A DNA stretch of 64,000 bases, from positions 32,001 through 96,000 of IMG/VR virus record IMGVR_UViG_3300042484_001840; one strand, written 5' to 3'. Positions 63,436 to 64,000 of this stretch are shown here, piece after piece (the first letter of the stretch is position 1; each line of letters starts with the position of its first letter). The translations under genes were made by a program, and so were the position numbers. Source of the stretch: a virus. Under the pieces are notes generated by a model, which worked only from the letters and a program-made list of their open reading frames with translations, did no database searches and had not been told where the DNA came from.

Positions 63436-63948
63436 ATGAACATATTCAACAAATGGATCATCGGAGTCACCCTCTCCTTCGCAGTCATCGGCGTTTCCTT
63501 ATGCGGGACTGCGGACAACAAGGCAAATGCTGAAAAAATAGTTCCAGCAACAGCACCGATTGACCTTTCGGGAGTGAATTGGACTGAACTCGCTCGTTTT
63601 ATGTATGGAAGATGCGGGGAATACCATGACCTCGCCATCGCAGTCGGCTGGACTGAAGCGCATTGGAAGAAGTTGAGTTTCGTCATGTACCGCGAGTCCC
63701 GCTGTAACACGATGTCGTTCAACAAGAAGGACCCAAACGGTGGAAGTCGTGGACTTATCCAGATCAACGGTTTCTGGTGTAAACCAAGCAAGTACAACAA
63801 ATCTGGCTGGTTACAGGCGCAAGGAATACTTAACACTTGCGAGGATCTGTTCATTCCCGAAGTAAACCTCCGTGCGGGGCTAGCGATGTGGAACTACAGC
63901 CAACAGCGCAACAAGTGCGGCTGGCAGCCATGGGCAACACGGTGCTGA
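63436..63948 (+). CDS. Secreted lytic transglycosylase (SLT)-like protein, paralog
   Basis: VMYRESRC...SRGLIQINGFW...DLFIPEVNLRAG...GWQPW. Confidence 0.8.
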   Translation: MNIFNKWIIGVTLSFAVIGVSLCGTADNKANAEKIVPATAPIDLSGVNWTELARFMYGRCGEYHDLAIAVGWTEAHWKKLSFVMYRESRCNTMSFNKKDPNGGSRGLIQINGFWCKPSKYNKSGWLQAQGILNTCEDLFIPEVNLRAGLAMWNYSQQRNKCGWQPWATRC

Positions 63949-64000
63949 CCCCATTGTTCTGATAAATCTAACGGAACACAAAAGTGCTGGTCAGAGGCTT

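Noticed and set aside
1-64000. tRNA/rRNA genes, introns, inteins, transposases, integrase, stop-codon recoding
   Set aside because: None recognised by eye; long genes are intact in the standard code with all three stops used. A tRNAscan/Infernal run would be needed to exclude RNAs formally.

Overview
64 kb of a large tailed (HK97-fold) phage genome, most likely infecting an actinobacterium: it encodes WhiB, an LPXTG protein and Gram-positive-type LexA boxes, and a freshwater Acidimicrobiia/acI-like host is only a guess. (1) 1-25.4 kb is the head module. A minus-strand terminase large subunit (missing from the ORF track) is followed by a portal-MuF fusion, an HK97 prohead protease, about 19 kb of inserted genes and the major capsid protein. 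The inserted genes include three proteins sharing an RCPxGxQFGGxxTD motif that together carry four HipA/PI3-PI4K-like kinase modules (one degenerate), each followed by a small partner domain. This looks like a capsid-packaged polymorphic kinase-effector/immunity system. (2) 25.5-41 kb holds fibre-like and cell-surface proteins, a holin/M15 endolysin, SNase, a metallophosphoesterase, an HslV-like protease, WhiB, a Cys-dependent phosphatase and replication-type genes. (3) 41-61 kb is an array of roughly 30 small genes, most with their own copy of a conserved promoter/leader cassette. It is interleaved with a dense set of host-regulator-type sites: about 36 DnaA boxes (21 in a three-block array near 58.6-58.95 kb), 6 tandem LexA boxes, CRP-like sites, and two unexplained dispersed motifs (CGGGGCT about 34 times; CCGCCACCGT in one orientation). 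(4) The window ends with a SNF2/HARP helicase and two lytic-transglycosylase-like genes. All family calls come from motif recognition by eye, and counts are manual.
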